A stretch of 64,000 bases of DNA. Origin: Patellaria atrata CBS 101060. Lineage: Eukaryota. Shown one piece after another: positions 60,304 to 64,000 of this stretch (position 1 is the first letter of the stretch; every line of letters starts with the position of its first letter). The stretch spans positions 383,905 through 447,904 of the forward strand of contig MU006097.1 of NCBI GenBank assembly GCA_010093705.1, read 5' to 3'. The translations under genes were made by a program, and so were the position numbers. A model generated the notes under the pieces. It did no database searches and was not told the DNA's origin. It was given only the letters and a program-made list of their open reading frames with translations.

Positions 60304-61368
60304 ATGGCACCTACATATCTCATCACAGGCGCAACTGGTGGCCTCGGCCACTCAATTCTCAATACGCTCATCCCACTTCTCCCTTCAGGCACCCTCTTCG
60401 CAGGATCCTCCAACCCGGCCAAACGCCAAAAACTCGAAGCCCAAGGCGTAGGCTTTCGCCATTGCAACTTCTCGGACAAGGAGTCCCTGATCAAGGCCTT
60501 CCAGGGCATAGACAGGCTCTTCGTCGTCTCGGTCGACGAATTCGACAACGATACCAGAGTCCGACTGCACAGAAACGCCATTGAAGCAGCGGAAGCAGCG
60601 GGCGTGGGTCATGTCTGGTACTCCAGTCTCGCATTTGGAGGCTATGGAGATTCGGACGTTTTCTTTCAAAAAGCCCATCTAGATACGGAGAAGTTGCTGA
60701 AGGAGTAAGTGTTAGAAAGTTATGTAAAGTACCAATTTCAGTACAGGGTTTGCTGATGGAAATGTTGGCAGGTCGAAGTTGACGTGGACGTCTGTACGCG
60801 AAGCTATCTATGCAGATGCGTTCCCGGTGTTCATGAACTGGTATCCCACGGATCCGAATCAGGTGCTTTATTTACCGTCGGATCCGGCGGTGGCGTTGGC
60901 GGATAGGGAAGAGTTAGGGGAGGCCACGGCGAAACTCATGTTGAAGGGTGGTTTTGAGAATCAGATAGTGAGTACAATGTCACGCGGTTGAGATATTGAA
61001 TAGTTGTTAATGAAGCATAGGTTCTCCTATCTGGACCGAACGCGTTCCGGTACTCGGATGTGGTGAAAGTTATCAACGAGACGACCGGACGGAACGTGAA
61101 GCTCGAGATTGTCCCGAAGAAGGAGTATGTGAGGAAGTGTGCTGAGAATGACGAGGGAGGGAAGAATGAGGCATTTTTCAAAGCTTGGGCGGGTATGTTC
61201 GATTGCATGGACAAGGGCGATGCAGCGACCGTGTCCCCCACGTTATCCGAGGTGTTAGAACGGCCAGCGAAGGACGGGTTACAGGTGATTAAAGAGCTGT
61301 TGAAGAAGGATAGGAATTTCACGTGGCATCAGAACTACGTCAACAGGGAAAAAGTGAGGGTATGTTGA
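60304..61368 (+). CDS. NmrA-like / atypical SDR NAD(P)-binding protein
   Basis: YLITGATGGLG; introns 60705-60771 and 60968-61020; HVWYSSLAF..QKAHLDTEKLL, ALADREELGEATA. Confidence 0.88.
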
Positions 61369-61708
61369 TGGCAAGAAGACATACTCGAATGCCTAAGTCA
61401 CTGGACAGTCACTGAGAACAAATATATAATGGGAATCAAAAGTTATCCCCAAGAGACATATATTACAACATCCCAACCTAAAGCACATGACCCACCGGTC
61501 CCCCCCCTTTCACCTCCTGCTGCTGCGGTTATTTTATTATTAGAGGGTTTGGAGAGTGGTTTTCCGCGAGGTGTGATGATGAATTATTTGCTGGGACAAC
61601 GGGGATGGCATGGTCCATTACAGCGTTGCAGATCCGTGGGAAACAATCTTGTAAAATTCTATGAATTAAGATTTTTATGGAGCAACTAACATCTTCCACC
61701 TCTAACCC

Positions 61709-63387
61709 TCAAGCCTCCGTATTTCTCCTATTCCAATCCCGACGCCCATCCCTCTTTCCTACAATGACTTCCAAAGCCTGCAACAGCGCCTTCTCATCAT
61801 ATCTCAACCCCTTCCCCTCGCCAGTCCTCCCGTATAACCTCACCGTCTCGATTCCCAAATCCGCCAGTCTCGCTTTCTCCACATTCGGCGTTCCCGGCCC
61901 CTCGAGATGGATCACATGCGTAACGTACATCTTGTACTCCTCCGGCTCCGGGGCTTTATCCAAGCCGCGGGACTCAGCCGCCGCCCTCGCGATCGCGGCG
62001 ACGAAATCGACCGCGGTGTACGGGTTTGAAGAGGGCCCGGTTTCGCGGTCATTGGTGCTGTTCAAGATGAGAATTTTATGCCTGATGCGCGGCGAGGCGA
62101 GCGTGGCGCCGACGTCGCGCAGGATCAGTGAGGGCACGATGGAGGTGTACAGCGAGCCGATGCTGTAGATGACCGTGTGCGCGGCGTCCAAGGCCTCGAG
62201 GACTTTGGGGTTCGCGGGGGGTCGGATCTCCTGGCCGTACGGGTTGATGTACCAGATGCGCTCGATGCGGGCGGGGAGGTCTTCCTCGTCGGTTTTGGAG
62301 AAGGCGATATTGGGTTTGCGGAGAGAGGGGAGGGAGCCGGGGAGGTTGGCGTCTTCGATGCTGTCGTGGGCGTAGGTTTCGTGGGAGAGGGAGAGCGTGG
62401 ATTCCGGGAGGCTGGTTGGGATCGAGGGGTGGGAGATGGCGTTTTGGCCGACGATCGTGAGGCCGTTGGAGAGGCCGGCGGAGATGTGGTGGGTGTGGTT
62501 TGTGTTTATGGCGGGGAGGACGGAGATTTGGGCCGGCACGCTGCAGATAGTTGATAGGAGGTAGATGGCAGATTCGAAGGAGCCAGTGAAAATGCGGGCG
62601 CTTTGTGGTGTTAGGAGGAATGGTACGGTATTGGTTTGTGTATAGGAGAAAGAAGAGAGTGAGAAATGATTATGGGGAAGGGGGATGACACCAGTAATAG
62701 AGAGAAATATAGATATTAAGGTAGGGAGAGGGCTAGGGGTAAAGAGTGAAATTGACGGTTGTTGTTGATGGCTTACCCAGTAAGAAACAGATTCCCAATA
62801 CTAGCAGTGGAAAAGTTAAAAGCTGACGATGGCCTTATTCGCTTAACTATCTCTAGATTTAGAAAGTTGAGGAAGGATCGTATGAGTTCTTTTCTTGAAG
62901 TTGATATATTGGTCCATAACTCATCTCGAGCTTCGACGATATCAAGCCATTCGAGCCGGGCTTTCTGCTTGTCATTGGAAAGCCGATGATTGAAAAATGC
63001 TTTAATAGCAGCTTTATGGACATCTTGTCCATCGTCTCCATCGGCGTTTTCAGGGATAAGACGGACAAGACGGCCTATCAAACGTGGCAATAGCTGTTAG
63101 AAATTTTTATGATTCAGGGCTAGAGAAACAGAAAGACATACTTCTCACGTCGCCAATGCCTACTATGTATTAGAAAAATTCTTTCGAAACGATATACTAA
63201 TCTTACCTGGGCCACCAAAGACTCGGATCAGCTCAGACGAAGAGCCTCCATTATCACTTATAGGTATGACGTAGCTTAGAGAGCACTTCTTAGTCTCTGT
63301 CAAGCTTGTAAAGACATCAACAAGACTGTTCGCTGCACTACCGCCTGAGAATATCACAATGCCCTTTGATTGGACAACTTCATTCAT
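61709..63387 (-). CDS. CofD/UPF0052 (YvcK/YNL011C-like) family protein
   Basis: IVIFSGGSAAN, ISDNGGSSSELIRVFGGPGIGDVRSRL, ASIGNLFLTG, IYSIGSLYTSIVPSL. Introns 63206-63160, 63141-63075, 62776-62601. Confidence 0.9.
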
Positions 63388-63907
63388 CTTGAGAGTTGGG
63401 ACGACGACGAGAGAGTGTAGGAATGAGGGAAGATTGGAGATGAAAAGAAAGGAACGATAACAATGATACGCTCATCGGGAGGCTATTTTGGTCTCTGAAC
63501 TACATTTCATATCAAATTCATTTATTTTAGCCACGGTAACTATTGCCATTACTCCTATTACTACTTTACCTCAAGGTAGACTGGTCTCGTATTGAAGGGA
63601 AGAGTCACAGCTCGTCTGTTTCAGCTTTTTTTTCGAAAGCCGATGTAACCCCAAAGGGCACATACCTTAGCATCAGCGGAAATCACATTTCCCTAAGCTA
63701 TTAATTCTCTATAATCTGTAAGTTTGGTAGAAGTTTTCGTTCGATATCAAGACTTTGTACAATGATCGAGCATTTCAAAAAGTCCCGAGAAGCTTGCTCG
63801 TACATACACGACCTGTGCCAAGCCATCAGAGACTCTGCTTGGACTGACCATCCACATCGTGAGCGTTACTGAAGCATTCGTAAATTGTGTTATCTATGCA
63901 CCACACA

Positions 63908-64000
63908 ATGTCGAAATTTCACTTTGACCCATCGCTGGCTCCAATACCACCTGTTGATGCAAACAACCCCTCTGCCAACTGTCTTTCGTCACCAAAGTTC
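63908..64000 (+). CDS. Possible start of a further gene, truncated by window edge
   Basis: Strong start context cacacaATGt and an open frame MSKFHFDPSLAPIPPVDANNPSANCLSSPKF to the edge. Confidence 0.3.
   Translation, partial: MSKFHFDPSLAPIPPVDANNPSANCLSSPKF

Noticed and set aside
62..62554. Many long antisense or alternative-frame ORFs (e.g. 14429-15037, 18176-18826, 40000-40731)
   Set aside because: Shadows of GC-rich coding exons with no protein-like motifs.
1..64000. CRISPR arrays, rRNA, tRNA, TPP riboswitch, intact transposons, secondary-metabolite backbone genes
   Set aside because: None recognised by eye; tRNAscan-SE, Infernal and a repeat search would be needed to exclude small elements.

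Overview
Gene-dense eukaryotic DNA from a filamentous ascomycete (Pezizomycotina-type short GT..CTRAC..YAG introns, about 50% GC). I reconstructed about 27 protein-coding genes by hand by splicing ORF fragments. Recognisable genes: RRB1 (partial), SPG1/TEM1, an ADGF-type adenosine deaminase, SAM35, a class II peroxidase, a Gfo/Idh/MocA oxidoreductase, an RluA/Pus9-type pseudouridine synthase, CWC23, ARO80, the Woronin sorting complex gene WSC, a head-to-head MGM1/MDM10 pair, a Pah1-type homeobox factor, an NmrA-like SDR and a CofD/UPF0052 gene. The most unusual part is a block of about 8 kb between WSC and MGM1 (36.7-43.7 kb) with three elements. (i) A SprT-like metalloprotease domain whose catalytic Glu is replaced by Gln (HQMIH), fused to a BTB-like domain. 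(ii) A HeLo-like four-helix-bundle protein with G/N/Q/Y-rich pseudo-repeats; a 3' intron missed by the ORF track adds a terminal exon ending in the peroxisomal signal -SRL. (iii) A decayed SAF1-like F-box/RCC1 pseudogene. I recognised no tRNA, rRNA, CRISPR or intact transposon. All family assignments are from motif recognition by eye, not database searches.
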